Shown piece by piece: positions 16,595 through 26,328 of a DNA stretch of 64,000 bases (position 1 is its first letter; every line of letters starts with the position of its first letter). A program made the position numbers and the translations under genes. Source of the stretch: Betaproteobacteria bacterium SCGC AG-212-J23 (GTDB taxonomy: Bacteria > Pseudomonadota > Gammaproteobacteria > Burkholderiales > SG8-39); the NCBI GenBank assembly GCA_001644455.1, contig LSTF01000001.1:13109-77108 (forward strand), in the 5' to 3' direction. The notes beneath the pieces are model-generated. The model was not told the origin of the DNA and made no database searches. It saw only the letters and a list, made by a program, of their open reading frames with translations.

Positions 16595-17833
16595 ATGGCT
16601 CGGCTCGTGGACTTTGGGAGCATTCTGGACAAGAAGAAGGAGGGGAATAGCACCTGTTATCTGGTTCGATCAAGCCTCAAGCGCTACCTCGCGGCTTTGC
16701 CGGAGGAGTTCGGTGACTACCAGATTCAGCGGGAGGTGGTTACCAATGTATATCTTGATGAGCTGGTCAAGACAGTCCTGAAGTGCGGACACATTCCGCC
16801 GTTGGTATTGATCGGGGAGGGAGCTCTAGCGAACAACGGCGAATTAAGACTTGCGCGGTTCCGAATCCTTGACGGACTGCAGAGGACCGTTCGGCTGAAA
16901 GCGATACACGACGCCGCGGACCTACTAAGCGAGCACGATAACGATGTCAATCATGCGCGAAAGATTGCACGGGAGAGGCTCGCTAAGACAGGCTCAGAAC
17001 GTCTCGTTGAAATCGGCGCCTCTCAGGGTCTCTTTACTGCACTTGCGGAATTTGTGAAGAAACACAGCGAGGCGGACCTTAACGCTGTGTTTGAAAGCAG
17101 TCAGTGGTTTGAGATCTGGACCGATTTGGGCACGGAAGAGCAGATCCGAAAAATGCTGGTGCTCAACGCGGGCCATAAGCCAGTAAGGACACGTCATCAA
17201 TTAGAGCTTCTCTTCTTGAACGTCCTACCAAAGTTGAAAGGGGCGTCTAAACGAGAGATTTCGGTGGTGAGGGAAAAAGAGCGCAGTGCTATCTTTTTTG
17301 CGAAATCCCGGAAGAAAGGCCAATTTCATTTCGCTGAGTTGATAGCAGCGCTAATCGCGATGTCGGAAGGCGAGCCGGTCACCACCAATCCTGCGCTCAT
17401 CACTGATATTCAGAACGGCGAACTCAAGGACGGCCTTGCTTCGTGCCTCAGGGAAGAGGTCCTCGCATCGTTTGTCGACACACTGGTGGCGCTTGAGGAT
17501 GCCGCGCTAAAGGACTCAGAGAAATACGGAGTGCAGTGGGTGGGGCGCGAAGTCGTGTTGGTTGGCCTATTTGCTGCCGTTGGACACTACGCTAATCGCA
17601 AGGGTGTCAGTTTTGAGAAAGGGATGGAGCGGTTGCAGAAGCGGCTCGCAAGGACGGGATGGCTAAAGCTCTCGGAGTTTGAGAAAGAGCGCAACTCTCA
17701 GGACTTGGCAAAGGTCAACATTGGCACCGTGAACAAGCGCGCTGTATTTCGGGCGTTTAGCAATGCGTTAGATGCCGAAGCAGAAGCTCCGGAGGCAGTC
17801 AAATGGGGCAGACTGTTTAGGGAGCCTGCCTAA
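16595..17833 (+). CDS. ParB/Srx-fold DUF262/DndB-like protein
   Basis: YQIQREVV, HIPPLVL, RILDGLQRT and MLVLNAGHKPV match the QR / IPP / DGxQR / lN.g pattern; purine-rich RBS upstream. Confidence 0.7.
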   Translation: MARLVDFGSILDKKKEGNSTCYLVRSSLKRYLAALPEEFGDYQIQREVVTNVYLDELVKTVLKCGHIPPLVLIGEGALANNGELRLARFRILDGLQRTVRLKAIHDAADLLSEHDNDVNHARKIARERLAKTGSERLVEIGASQGLFTALAEFVKKHSEADLNAVFESSQWFEIWTDLGTEEQIRKMLVLNAGHKPVRTRHQLELLFLNVLPKLKGASKREISVVREKERSAIFFAKSRKKGQFHFAELIAALIAMSEGEPVTTNPALITDIQNGELKDGLASCLREEVLASFVDTLVALEDAALKDSEKYGVQWVGREVVLVGLFAAVGHYANRKGVSFEKGMERLQKRLARTGWLKLSEFEKERNSQDLAKVNIGTVNKRAVFRAFSNALDAEAEAPEAVKWGRLFREPA

Positions 17834-19210
17834 ATGGCCAACCCCAGTGTCAATTCACTCCTCAAGCGGCGAATAAAGGAGTTGTCGTCCCTCGCGGTAA
17901 CACCGCCGAAGGGCCTGCCCACATATTGGGGCCGCAAAGGTATGTCAGTTGAAGCGAAAGCAGCTGTCGGCTCTCTGCAAGCCGCGCTGCAGGACCTGTC
18001 AGTTGGATCTTCCATGGAACTCGTGGAATTGGTAGTCAAGCTGCTGGATGACTGCGAGCGGGTTGGGCGGCCAATTCCACATGGCTATCACGCTGCGGCG
18101 TTGCTCGCGGCGCGACTCGTCAAGAAAGTCGGACAGTCTGTCAAAGACGGGTCGCTTCCAGGGACCACATCCGTTGCGAAGGGCAAGGTCATTGCCTTCA
18201 AGCAAGCAATCTTGAACGAGTCATTTGTGTTTGTTGATCCCTCCAGCGCGGCGAGGAATCTCTCCTACTTGGACCTGCAGTATTCGGTAGACAAACGGAA
18301 ATCGTTGGACGTAGCGATCGACTCAACTCCCGAAGTATTACTGTTGATTGCGCTAGCGGGAGTGAAGCCGCTCGAGCGTATTGAAGCACCTTTTCTGGCG
18401 TTGGTGGGTGATGCAATTACTGGCGATGCCGCTCATGTAGCTGCGCTGGCGCGCTTCTACCGACTGGCTCGCGGCCAGATATTTCACGCAACCAACGAAT
18501 ACAAGCGCAAGAGTGATCCAGTCGCGGCGACAAACCTCGATATTGCGGTTGACTACTCGCAATTCGAAGATGTGGCCTATGTGATGAGTGAGGCAAACGA
18601 GAAGCAAGACGTTCTTGATAGGTTCCTGCGTCTCTACCAAGTGCTCGAAAACTTCATGATACGAAGGGTAGTCGCGAAGTTAGCTAACGCCACACCCGGG
18701 CGGGTGTTCTCCCTCCGGGATTTTCGGGGGCTCTATAAGAGCTTTATCGACGGCGAAATCAAAACCCTATCGAACCTATTTGGGGAGGCACTGAAGATTG
18801 CCGTTCCAGCGAGTGCGCCGGGCGGTCCGCATGCCGACCTTGAAGCTTACATTCGATACCTCTGGCACTCGGGTCTGCCGCATGCATCCATGCATGCGGA
18901 CCTTGAGGTCCTTCTGGACCGTATCGATCCTGGTGGAGGATACAAGCCCATAAATAGTTTCCACTCGCAGCTAGATGGGCGGAAGTTCGCGAGACTGATT
19001 TATGCGGTCAGGAACTCCATCGTTCATAACAAGGAGACGGAGTTTCATCTGACACACAAGACGTTGACGCCCGCGCTTGTCATATTGATGAACGAGGTTC
19101 TCTTTCCCGCACTCGAAGAGATGATCTTTTCATGTGTGTGTGCGCCGACACCGGGGAACTTCGTTCGCTATGACCACCGTCAAATGGCTCTCTACGAAAG
19201 GATCGCCTAG
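17834..19210 (+). CDS. HEPN-motif protein (putative RNase effector)
   Basis: DRFLRLYQVLENF helix and C-terminal IYAVRNSIVHNKE (RxxxxH); ATG immediately follows the stop of the upstream gene. Confidence 0.7.
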   Translation: MANPSVNSLLKRRIKELSSLAVTPPKGLPTYWGRKGMSVEAKAAVGSLQAALQDLSVGSSMELVELVVKLLDDCERVGRPIPHGYHAAALLAARLVKKVGQSVKDGSLPGTTSVAKGKVIAFKQAILNESFVFVDPSSAARNLSYLDLQYSVDKRKSLDVAIDSTPEVLLLIALAGVKPLERIEAPFLALVGDAITGDAAHVAALARFYRLARGQIFHATNEYKRKSDPVAATNLDIAVDYSQFEDVAYVMSEANEKQDVLDRFLRLYQVLENFMIRRVVAKLANATPGRVFSLRDFRGLYKSFIDGEIKTLSNLFGEALKIAVPASAPGGPHADLEAYIRYLWHSGLPHASMHADLEVLLDRIDPGGGYKPINSFHSQLDGRKFARLIYAVRNSIVHNKETEFHLTHKTLTPALVILMNEVLFPALEEMIFSCVCAPTPGNFVRYDHRQMALYERIA

Positions 19211-19285
19211 GGCAGGTCGCCGTTCTCGAGCGTGGTTGTGGGCGCAATTGGATGCGAGGCGTCTGTTGCGCAACCGCAGCTCTAA

Positions 19286-20236
19286 CTACAACTGCAACCC
19301 GAACTCCCGGCTGATCCGTGCCGTCTGCTCGTAGGTTTCAGCAAGGATCTTCGCCAGCTCCTCCGGCGTGCTCGAGAGCGCGATCGTGCCCGCCTTTTCC
19401 GCCATCTCGCGATATGCCGCCGACTGCACCACCGCGACGACATGGCGGTTGAGGAGCGAGACGATCGGCTGCGGGGTGCCTGAGCCGACGCAGATGCCGA
19501 GCCAGCCGAAGCGCACGAACGGCAGGCCCTTCTCGACGAGCGTCGGGATCTCCGGCGCGGCGGCGAGGCGCTCGGGGCTCGAGACGGCGAGGAGGCGCAC
19601 GCGCCCGGCCTTGTAGGGCGGAAGCACGGCGAGCGTCGGCGAGACGTAGAGCTGCACGCGGCCGGCGAGGACATCGTTCAGCGCGTCGGCGCCGCCCTTG
19701 TAAGGCACGCCGACCATCTCGGTGCCGGTGAGCTTGCCGAGCTCGAGCGCGAGGATGTGCTGCGCCGAGCCCTTGCCGAGCATGCCGTAGTTCAGCTTGC
19801 CGGGATTCGCCCTGGCGTAGGCGACGAACTCTTCCCAGTCGCGCGCGGGGACGTCGTTCGCGGCGACGACGCCGTAGTAGTAGCGCGAGACCTGGCTCAC
19901 CGGCGCGAGGTCGTCGAGCTTGTAGGGCGCGTTCTTGTAGACCGCGGCGTTGATCGCCTCGAAGTGCGTGCAGAGCAGCAGGCTGTAGCCGTCGCGCGGC
20001 TTCGCGAGCACGTCCTGCGTCGCGATCTGGCCGGCGGCGCCGGGGCGGTTCTCGACGACCACGCGCTGGCCGAGCGCGGCGCCGAGCCGGTCGGCGATGA
20101 AGCGAGCGGGCAGGTCGGTCGGCCCGCCGGCGGAGAAGCCGACCACGAGACGGATCGGCTTGTCGGGATATGGAGCCGAATTTTGCCCGTGGGCCGTGGC
20201 CCACAAGAGCGAAAGGAGGAGGGCACCGAGCCGCAT
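19286..20236 (-). CDS. Bug/TctC substrate-binding protein
   Basis: YPDKPIRLVVGFSAGGPTD, VENRPGA, VPYKGG. Confidence 0.93.
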   Translation of the reverse strand: MRLGALLLSLLWATAHGQNSAPYPDKPIRLVVGFSAGGPTDLPARFIADRLGAALGQRVVVENRPGAAGQIATQDVLAKPRDGYSLLLCTHFEAINAAVYKNAPYKLDDLAPVSQVSRYYYGVVAANDVPARDWEEFVAYARANPGKLNYGMLGKGSAQHILALELGKLTGTEMVGVPYKGGADALNDVLAGRVQLYVSPTLAVLPPYKAGRVRLLAVSSPERLAAAPEIPTLVEKGLPFVRFGWLGICVGSGTPQPIVSLLNRHVVAVVQSAAYREMAEKAGTIALSSTPEELAKILAETYEQTARISREFGLQL

Positions 20237-20256
20237 TGAAGTTCTACTATAGAGCG

Positions 20257-21405
20257 ATGTCGAAGATCCGTACTACCCACACCGGCAGCCTGCCCCGGCC
20301 GAAGCAGATCCTCGAGGCGGTGCGCGAGCACTTCGCGACCGGGAAGGCGATGGACGAGGCGATGCTCGCGCGCACGGTCGGCGACGTGGTGCGCAAGCAG
20401 GTCGAGGCCGGCATCGACATCGTCACCGACGGGGAGATGAGCAAGCCGAGCTTTTTCCACTATCTGTCGGAAAGGCTCGAGGGGTTCGCGCCGCGCGAGC
20501 CCAAAGTGAAGGGGCGCGTCGTCGGGCCGATGGACCTCGACGGCCGCGACGCGATCCAGTTCCCCGACTACTACGCCGGCTTCGAGAAGCACAGCCCGTT
20601 CGAGAACACGATCCGCGTCGCGCCGCGCGCTTGCGTCGCGCCGATCAAATACATGGGGCGCAAGTTCCTGGAGCGGGACATCACGAACCTCAAGCAGGCG
20701 ATGGCGAAGGTCGGCGTGAGGGACGGCTTCATGCCGGCCGCCTCGCCGCTGCCGTTCATGGCGAACGAGCACTACAAGAGCGACGAGGAGTACTTCGAGG
20801 CGTACGGCGAGGCGATGCGCGAGGAGTACAAGGCGATCCTCGACGCCGGCTTCACCCTGCAGGTCGACGACCCGCGCATGGTGAGCGCGTGGGACTCGTT
20901 CAAGGACATGACCCTCGCGCAGTACCGCAAGTGGATGCAGGGCCGCATCGCGCACATCAACCACGCGCTGCGCGGGCTGCCGGCCGAGCGCATCCGCTAT
21001 CACACCTGCTACGGCGTGAACTTCGGGCCGCGCGTCTCCGACCTGCAGCTCGACGACGTGCTGGATCTGCTCTTCACCATCAACGCCGGCTTCTACTCCT
21101 TCGAGGCGGCCAATCCGCGCCACGACCACGAGTGGCGCGTGCTCGCGAAGATCAAGCTGCCCAACGGCAAAAAGCTCATCCCGGGAGCGGTGACGCATTC
21201 CAACGTGACGATCGAGCACCCCGAGGTCGTCGCCGACCGCATGCAGCGCTGGATCGAGGCCGCGGGCGCGCAGAACGTGTTGTTCGGCAACGACTGCGGC
21301 TTCTCGTCGACCGCGGGGAACACGGAGATTCCCGAGACGGTAGCTTTCGCGAAGCTGAAGTCACTCGCAGAGGGGGCGCGGCTCGCCGCTTCACGCGTAC
21401 GATAG
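20257..21405 (+). CDS. Cobalamin-independent methionine synthase II family (MetE C-terminal-like) protein
   Basis: TTHTGSLPRP, DIVTDGE, LQVDDP, Zn ligands YHTCYG, FEAAN and NDCGF. Confidence 0.9.
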   Translation: MSKIRTTHTGSLPRPKQILEAVREHFATGKAMDEAMLARTVGDVVRKQVEAGIDIVTDGEMSKPSFFHYLSERLEGFAPREPKVKGRVVGPMDLDGRDAIQFPDYYAGFEKHSPFENTIRVAPRACVAPIKYMGRKFLERDITNLKQAMAKVGVRDGFMPAASPLPFMANEHYKSDEEYFEAYGEAMREEYKAILDAGFTLQVDDPRMVSAWDSFKDMTLAQYRKWMQGRIAHINHALRGLPAERIRYHTCYGVNFGPRVSDLQLDDVLDLLFTINAGFYSFEAANPRHDHEWRVLAKIKLPNGKKLIPGAVTHSNVTIEHPEVVADRMQRWIEAAGAQNVLFGNDCGFSSTAGNTEIPETVAFAKLKSLAEGARLAASRVR

Positions 21406-21435
21406 AGGGGTTTCCTTCTCGTCAGGCCCCTCCCA

Positions 21436-22218
21436 ATGCTCAAAGGTAAAACCGCGCTGGTGACCGGATCGACGTCCGGCATCGGCCTCGGAATCGCAAC
21501 ACGCTTCGCCGCCGAAGGCGCAAATCTGGTGCTGAACGGCTTCGGCGACGCCGCCGAGATCGAAGCGCTGCGCGCGAAGCTCGCGGCGCAGTACAAGGTG
21601 ACGGTGACCTACGACGGCGCCGACATGCTGAAGCCCGAGACGATCGCGGCGATGGTGCGCAAGGCGATCGAGCGCTTCGGCGCGATCGACGTGCTGGTCA
21701 ACAACGCCGGCATCCAGCACGTCGCGCCGGTCGACGAGTTCCCGATCGACAAGTGGGACGCGATCATCGCCATCAACCTCTCCTCCGCCTTCCACGCCAC
21801 GCGCGCCGCGCTGCCGGCGATGAAGAAGAAGAAATGGGGACGCATCGTCAACATCGCCTCGGCGCACGCGCTGGTGGCGAGCCCGTTCAAGTCGGCGTAC
21901 GTGGCGGCGAAGCACGGCCTCGCCGGCTTCACCAAGACCGTGGCGCTGGAGGTCGCGCAGCAGGGCATCACCGCGAACGCGATCTGCCCGGGCTACGTGC
22001 GCACCCCCTTGGTCGAGAAGCAGATCCCCGACCAGGCGAAGGCGCGCGGCATCAGCGAGGAAGCGGTGGTGCGCGACGTGATCCTCGCCGCGCAGCCGAC
22101 CAAGCAGTTCGTCAAGGTCGAGGAGATCGCCGACCTCGCGGTGTTCCTCTGCTCGGAGGGCGCGGCGTCGATCACCGGCGCCATCCTCTCGATCGACGGC
22201 GGCTGGACCGCGGGGTGA
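21436..22218 (+). CDS. bdhA: D-3-hydroxybutyrate dehydrogenase
   Basis: TGSTSGIG, NNAGIQHV, ASAHALVASPFKSAYVAAKHG, ICPGYVRTPLVEKQI. Confidence 0.93.
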   Translation: MLKGKTALVTGSTSGIGLGIATRFAAEGANLVLNGFGDAAEIEALRAKLAAQYKVTVTYDGADMLKPETIAAMVRKAIERFGAIDVLVNNAGIQHVAPVDEFPIDKWDAIIAINLSSAFHATRAALPAMKKKKWGRIVNIASAHALVASPFKSAYVAAKHGLAGFTKTVALEVAQQGITANAICPGYVRTPLVEKQIPDQAKARGISEEAVVRDVILAAQPTKQFVKVEEIADLAVFLCSEGAASITGAILSIDGGWTAG

Positions 22219-23318
22219 GCCCGCACGGCCAGACCGTGCTGGTGCTGCAGGGCGGCGGCGCGCTCGGCGCCTACCAGGGCGGCGTCTACGAGGCGCTGCA
22301 CGAGGCCGGCCTCGAGCCCGACTGGGTGATCGGCACCTCGATCGGCGCGATCAACGGCGCGCTCGTCGCCGCCAACGCGCCGCAGGCGCGCCTCGAGCGG
22401 CTGCGCGAATTCTGGGCGCGCATCGTGCAGGACACGCCGCTCTACGGGCCGGTCTTGTGGCCGGGCCTGGGTGAGCTGACCGCGCACTTCTCGACGCTGA
22501 CGCGCGGCGTGCCGGGGTTCTTCGAGCCGCGGCTGCCGACGTGGGGCGGGGTGACCGCGCCGGTGGGCGTCGACCTCGCGTCCTACTACAGCACCGCGCC
22601 GCTGCGCGAGACGCTGTCCGAGCTGCTCGACCTGGAGATCCTCGCGAAGAAGAAGCCGCGCCTGACGGTCGGCGCGGTCAACGTGCCCAAGGGCGAGATG
22701 CACTACTTCGACAACCGCGAAATGGAGCTCGGCCTCGACCACGTGATGGCCTCGGGGGCGCTGCCGCCGTGGTTTCCGGCGATCCGCCTCGGCGGCGAGG
22801 CGTACTGGGACGGCGGCGTGTACTCCAACACGCCAGTCGAGGTGGTGTTCGACGACAACCCGCGGCGCGACGCGCTGATCTTCGCCGTCAACGTCTGGCA
22901 GCCGACCGGCCTCGAGCCCGAGTCGATCTGGCAGGTGATGGGACGGCAGAAGGACATCCAGTTCGCGAGCCGCGCCGACAGCCAGATCGCGCGCCAGAAG
23001 CAGATCCACCACCTGCGCCGCATCATTCGCGAACTTTCGAAAAATCTTTCTCTTGAAAAGAAAAATGCCGCGCATCTGCAGAAACTCGACACCTGGGGCT
23101 GCGATACCACCATGCACGTGGTGCGCCTGCTCGCGCCGGCGCTCGCGAGCGAGGACTACTGGAAGGACATCGATTTCAGCTCGGCCGGCATCGCCGCGCG
23201 CTGGCAGGCGGGGCTGGAGGATGCGCGGCGGATGATCGCTGACGCACCGTGGAAAGCGCCGGTCGACCCGATGGAGGGCGTCGTGGTGCACGAGCTCTCC
23301 GCCCGCACGAATGCATGA
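22215..23318 (+). CDS. Patatin-like esterase with DUF3734-like C-terminus
   Basis: LQGGGALGAY, GTSIG nucleophile, WDGG; GTG overlaps the bdhA stop. Confidence 0.9.
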   Translation: MSPHGQTVLVLQGGGALGAYQGGVYEALHEAGLEPDWVIGTSIGAINGALVAANAPQARLERLREFWARIVQDTPLYGPVLWPGLGELTAHFSTLTRGVPGFFEPRLPTWGGVTAPVGVDLASYYSTAPLRETLSELLDLEILAKKKPRLTVGAVNVPKGEMHYFDNREMELGLDHVMASGALPPWFPAIRLGGEAYWDGGVYSNTPVEVVFDDNPRRDALIFAVNVWQPTGLEPESIWQVMGRQKDIQFASRADSQIARQKQIHHLRRIIRELSKNLSLEKKNAAHLQKLDTWGCDTTMHVVRLLAPALASEDYWKDIDFSSAGIAARWQAGLEDARRMIADAPWKAPVDPMEGVVVHELSARTNA

Positions 23319-23358
23319 AATAGGGGAATAAAAGCGTCCGCCGGGCGGTCATTGGCGG

Positions 23359-23631
23359 ATGGACCCCAAAATGCTCGCCGAAGTCTTCGCCGCCGTCTTC
23401 ATCGCCGAGCTGGGCGACAAGACCCAGCTCGCCACCATGCTCTTCGCCGCCGACAAGGCGGTGAGCAAGTGGACGGTCTTCACCGGCGCCTCGCTCGCGC
23501 TGGTCGTCGCCTCCGGCATCGGCGTCCTGGCGGGGACCGCGCTCTCGCAATACGTCAGCCCCAAGGCGATGCACTACGCCGCCGGGGTCGGCTTCATCGG
23601 CATCGGGATCTGGACGCTGGTCCGGGCGTGA
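23359..23631 (+). CDS. UPF0016/GDT1/TMEM165 family small membrane protein (single repeat)
   Basis: AELGDKTQ motif; three TM helices. Confidence 0.9.
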   Translation: MDPKMLAEVFAAVFIAELGDKTQLATMLFAADKAVSKWTVFTGASLALVVASGIGVLAGTALSQYVSPKAMHYAAGVGFIGIGIWTLVRA

Positions 23632-23700
23632 CAGTCTGCTTGATGACGGTCTACGATCAAGCGCGAGGTGCAGAACTTCCTCGAGGAGCCCGCCGAGTAG

Positions 23701-24117
23701 CTAGGTTTCCTGCCCGAGCCGGCGCAGCTGGCAGCCGTTGGTGCGCCAGACGCCGTCCGCGCCGCGCTGCATCGGGTAGAGCGCGATCCAGGCGCGGCCG
23801 TCGGCATCGGTGAGGCGCACGGGCTGCACGAGCGCGTCGTCATCGAGGGGAATCGGTGCGTCGAAGGCGACGCTGCGCGGCCGGTAGACCGCCGCGTACT
23901 GGGTGCGCACCATCTCCATGAAGTTCTCCGCCGTGCCGAAGGTCGTGCGGATACCGGCGGTCGCGTAGGAGAAGGCGCGCGCCGCGTCGTCCTTGCGGAA
24001 GGCGTCGATCTGAGCCTCGATGACTTGGCGTACCGCGGCCGCGTCCGCCGCCGGGACCTGCGCAGTGGTGGTGAAAGACAGTAAGGCAAGGAGTAATCCG
24101 CAGACGGCACGGCGCAT
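23701..24117 (-). CDS. DUF4864 family secreted protein
   Basis: Signal peptide; VIEAQIDAFRKDDAARAFSYA..FMEMVRTQYAAVYRP..WRTNGC. Confidence 0.85.
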   Translation of the reverse strand: MRRAVCGLLLALLSFTTTAQVPAADAAAVRQVIEAQIDAFRKDDAARAFSYATAGIRTTFGTAENFMEMVRTQYAAVYRPRSVAFDAPIPLDDDALVQPVRLTDADGRAWIALYPMQRGADGVWRTNGCQLRRLGQET

Positions 24118-24138
24118 GGCGCTAGCATAGCGGCAAGC

Positions 24139-25236
24139 ATGGCCGCCACCCCGCAGGAACCGCAGGCCCACGTCTCGACGATCGAGCTGTTCTTCGACCT
24201 CGTCTTCGTCTACACGGTCACGCAGCTCACGCACCTCGTCGACCATGCGCACGGCGCGTCCGACTTCGTCCACGCGTTCGTGGTGCTGGTGCTGATCTGG
24301 TGGATCTACGCCGGCTACGCCTGGCTGACCAACGGCGTCGGCGCGGCGCGGAAGATGCGCCTCGTGCTCATCGCCGCCGCGACCGGCTTCCTGGTCATGT
24401 CGCAGGCGATCCCGGGCAGCTTCGGCGAGCACACGCGCGCCTTCGCGTTCTCGTACCTCTTCGTCATCGCGCTGCACCTCGGCGCCTTCGCCTGGCAGGG
24501 CGGGGCGGGCCTCGGCCGCGCCATCGCGCGCCTCGCGCCGTTCAACCTCGGCGCGGCGGGCCTGGTGCTCGCCGCGGCGTTCGCGCCGGAAGCCTGGAAG
24601 CTCGCGCTCTTCGGCGCGGCGGCGCTCATCTACCTCGTCGCCACGCTGGCGCGACGCGAGGTGGGCTTCTCGATCAACGCCAGCCACTTTGTCGAGCGCC
24701 ACGGCCTCGTCATCCTCATCGTGCTCGGCGAGTCGGTGGTGGCGATCGCCACCGGCAGCTCGCCGCGCGGCTTCGGCTCGGAGACGGTGGCGGAGATCGC
24801 GCTCTCCTTCGTGCTGCTGGCGACGCTCTGGTGGTGCTACTTCGACCGCGATGACGAGCGCGCCGAGCACGCGATGCGCATCGCCGGCCCGAGGGCGCGC
24901 GGCCGCATGGCGATCGTCGGCTACTGGTACGGCCACCTGGCGATGATCTGCGGCGTGGTGCTGGTCGCGGCGGGCATCCGCCAGATCCTCGGCGACGATC
25001 CGGCGCGCGGCGCGGTCTGGCTGGTGTCGTGCGGCGTTTCGGTCTATCTCGCGGGCGACGTGCTGTTCCGCACCGCGCTGCACCTCGCGCCGCTCGCCTT
25101 CCGCGCCTTCGGCGCCGCGGCGGCGCCGGCGATCGGCCTGGTCGGCATCTGGCTGGGCGCGGCGGTGGAGCTCGCCGCGCTCGCGGTGCTGGTCGCGGCG
25201 GTGCTCGCGGTCGAGCGCCAGTACAACCTGGTGTGA
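24139..25236 (+). CDS. ltrA: Low temperature requirement protein A family membrane protein
   Basis: VSTIELFFDLVFV, HFVERHGLVILIVLGESV. Confidence 0.9.
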   Translation: MAATPQEPQAHVSTIELFFDLVFVYTVTQLTHLVDHAHGASDFVHAFVVLVLIWWIYAGYAWLTNGVGAARKMRLVLIAAATGFLVMSQAIPGSFGEHTRAFAFSYLFVIALHLGAFAWQGGAGLGRAIARLAPFNLGAAGLVLAAAFAPEAWKLALFGAAALIYLVATLARREVGFSINASHFVERHGLVILIVLGESVVAIATGSSPRGFGSETVAEIALSFVLLATLWWCYFDRDDERAEHAMRIAGPRARGRMAIVGYWYGHLAMICGVVLVAAGIRQILGDDPARGAVWLVSCGVSVYLAGDVLFRTALHLAPLAFRAFGAAAAPAIGLVGIWLGAAVELAALAVLVAAVLAVERQYNLV

Positions 25237-26312
25237 CCGTGGCCGCAAGGAAATCCACCCTGCAGACCCTCGAGCTGCAGTTGCACGAGGCGCAGGCGCT
25301 CGCGCACTTCGGCAGCTGGGAATGGGACCTGCTCGAGGATCGGGTCACCTGGTCGGACGCGATGTACGCGATGATGGGCGCCGATCCCGCCACCTTCCGG
25401 CCGTCGGCGGACGCGTTCATGCGCTGCGTCCATCCCGAGGACCGGGAGCGGGTCGCGCAAGCCGCCGCCGAGAATCGCGCGAAGGGCACCCCGTATGCGG
25501 CGCCGTTCCGCATCCTGCGGCAGGACGGCAGCGTGCGTACCCTGCGCGGCGCCTCGCACGCGGTGACCGACGCCGCAGGGCGGCCGCGGCGCGTGGTCGG
25601 CGTCCTGCAGGACATCTCCGACGAAGTCGCGGCGCAGGAAGCGCTGCGCAGCTACGCGGCGCAGGTCGTGGTCCTCTCGCGCCGCCTGGTCGAGGTGCAG
25701 GAAAGCCATGACCAGGCGCTGGCGCGCGAGCTGCACGACAACCTCGGGCCGAGCCTGACCGCGCTTAGCATCAACCTGCGGCTGATCGAGGACGCGCTAC
25801 CCGCGCCCCTGCGCGAGCAGCTCGCCGCCACCCTCGCCGACTCGCGCGAGCAGGTGCGCCAGGCGACCTCGGCGATGCGCGACGTGATGGGCGAGCTGCA
25901 CCCGCACTCGCTCGACGACCACGGCCTGCCGGCGGCCCTGCGCGTGCTCGCCGGCGCGTTCGAGAAGCGCACCGGCATCCGCGTCGCCGTGACGGTGAGC
26001 GGGCCCGAGCGAGCCGCCGACCGCGTCGCCCTGCCGCTCTATCGCATCGCGCAGGAGGCGCTCAACAACGTCGCCAAGCACTCGCGCGCGCGCAACGTGC
26101 AGATCCGCTACACCGCGAGCGCCATGGGCATCCTGCTCGAGATCGAGGACGACGGCGTCGGCTTTGCCGCGCCGCGGCTCGACGACGCCGAAGTGTCGGG
26201 GTGGGGACTGGCGACGATGCGCGAGCGCGCCGCCGCGGCCGGCGCGTCATGCGAAGTGCTGTCGCGGAGCGGGGGCGGCGCGCTGGTGCGGGTGGCGATC
26301 GGCTCGGCTTGA
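25233..26312 (+). CDS. Cytoplasmic PAS sensor histidine kinase (HisKA_3 type)
   Basis: GSWEWD PAS/PAC, LARELHDNLG, IAQEALNNVAKHS, EDDGVGF, GWGL. Confidence 0.9.
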   Translation: MTVAARKSTLQTLELQLHEAQALAHFGSWEWDLLEDRVTWSDAMYAMMGADPATFRPSADAFMRCVHPEDRERVAQAAAENRAKGTPYAAPFRILRQDGSVRTLRGASHAVTDAAGRPRRVVGVLQDISDEVAAQEALRSYAAQVVVLSRRLVEVQESHDQALARELHDNLGPSLTALSINLRLIEDALPAPLREQLAATLADSREQVRQATSAMRDVMGELHPHSLDDHGLPAALRVLAGAFEKRTGIRVAVTVSGPERAADRVALPLYRIAQEALNNVAKHSRARNVQIRYTASAMGILLEIEDDGVGFAAPRLDDAEVSGWGLATMRERAAAAGASCEVLSRSGGGALVRVAIGSA

Positions 26313-26328
26313 TGCCGCCTCGCGGCGG

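Larger units (their letters stand above)
12800..19340. mobile_element. Lower-GC horizontally acquired defence island (no integrase; boundaries approximate)
   Basis: Abrupt shift from near-exclusive G/C-ending codons to mixed codons; cargo is vsr, REase, C5-MTase, ParB/DUF262-like and HEPN-like genes. Confidence 0.8.

Noticed and set aside
21436-23318. bdhA-patatin coupling as a novel system
   Set aside because: A known, common association linked to PHB/3-hydroxybutyrate mobilisation.
23632-23700. Short inverted repeat GCTTGAT/ATCAAGC and a coding-like tail (EVQNFLEEPAE*)
   Set aside because: Too short to separate a gene remnant or terminator from chance.
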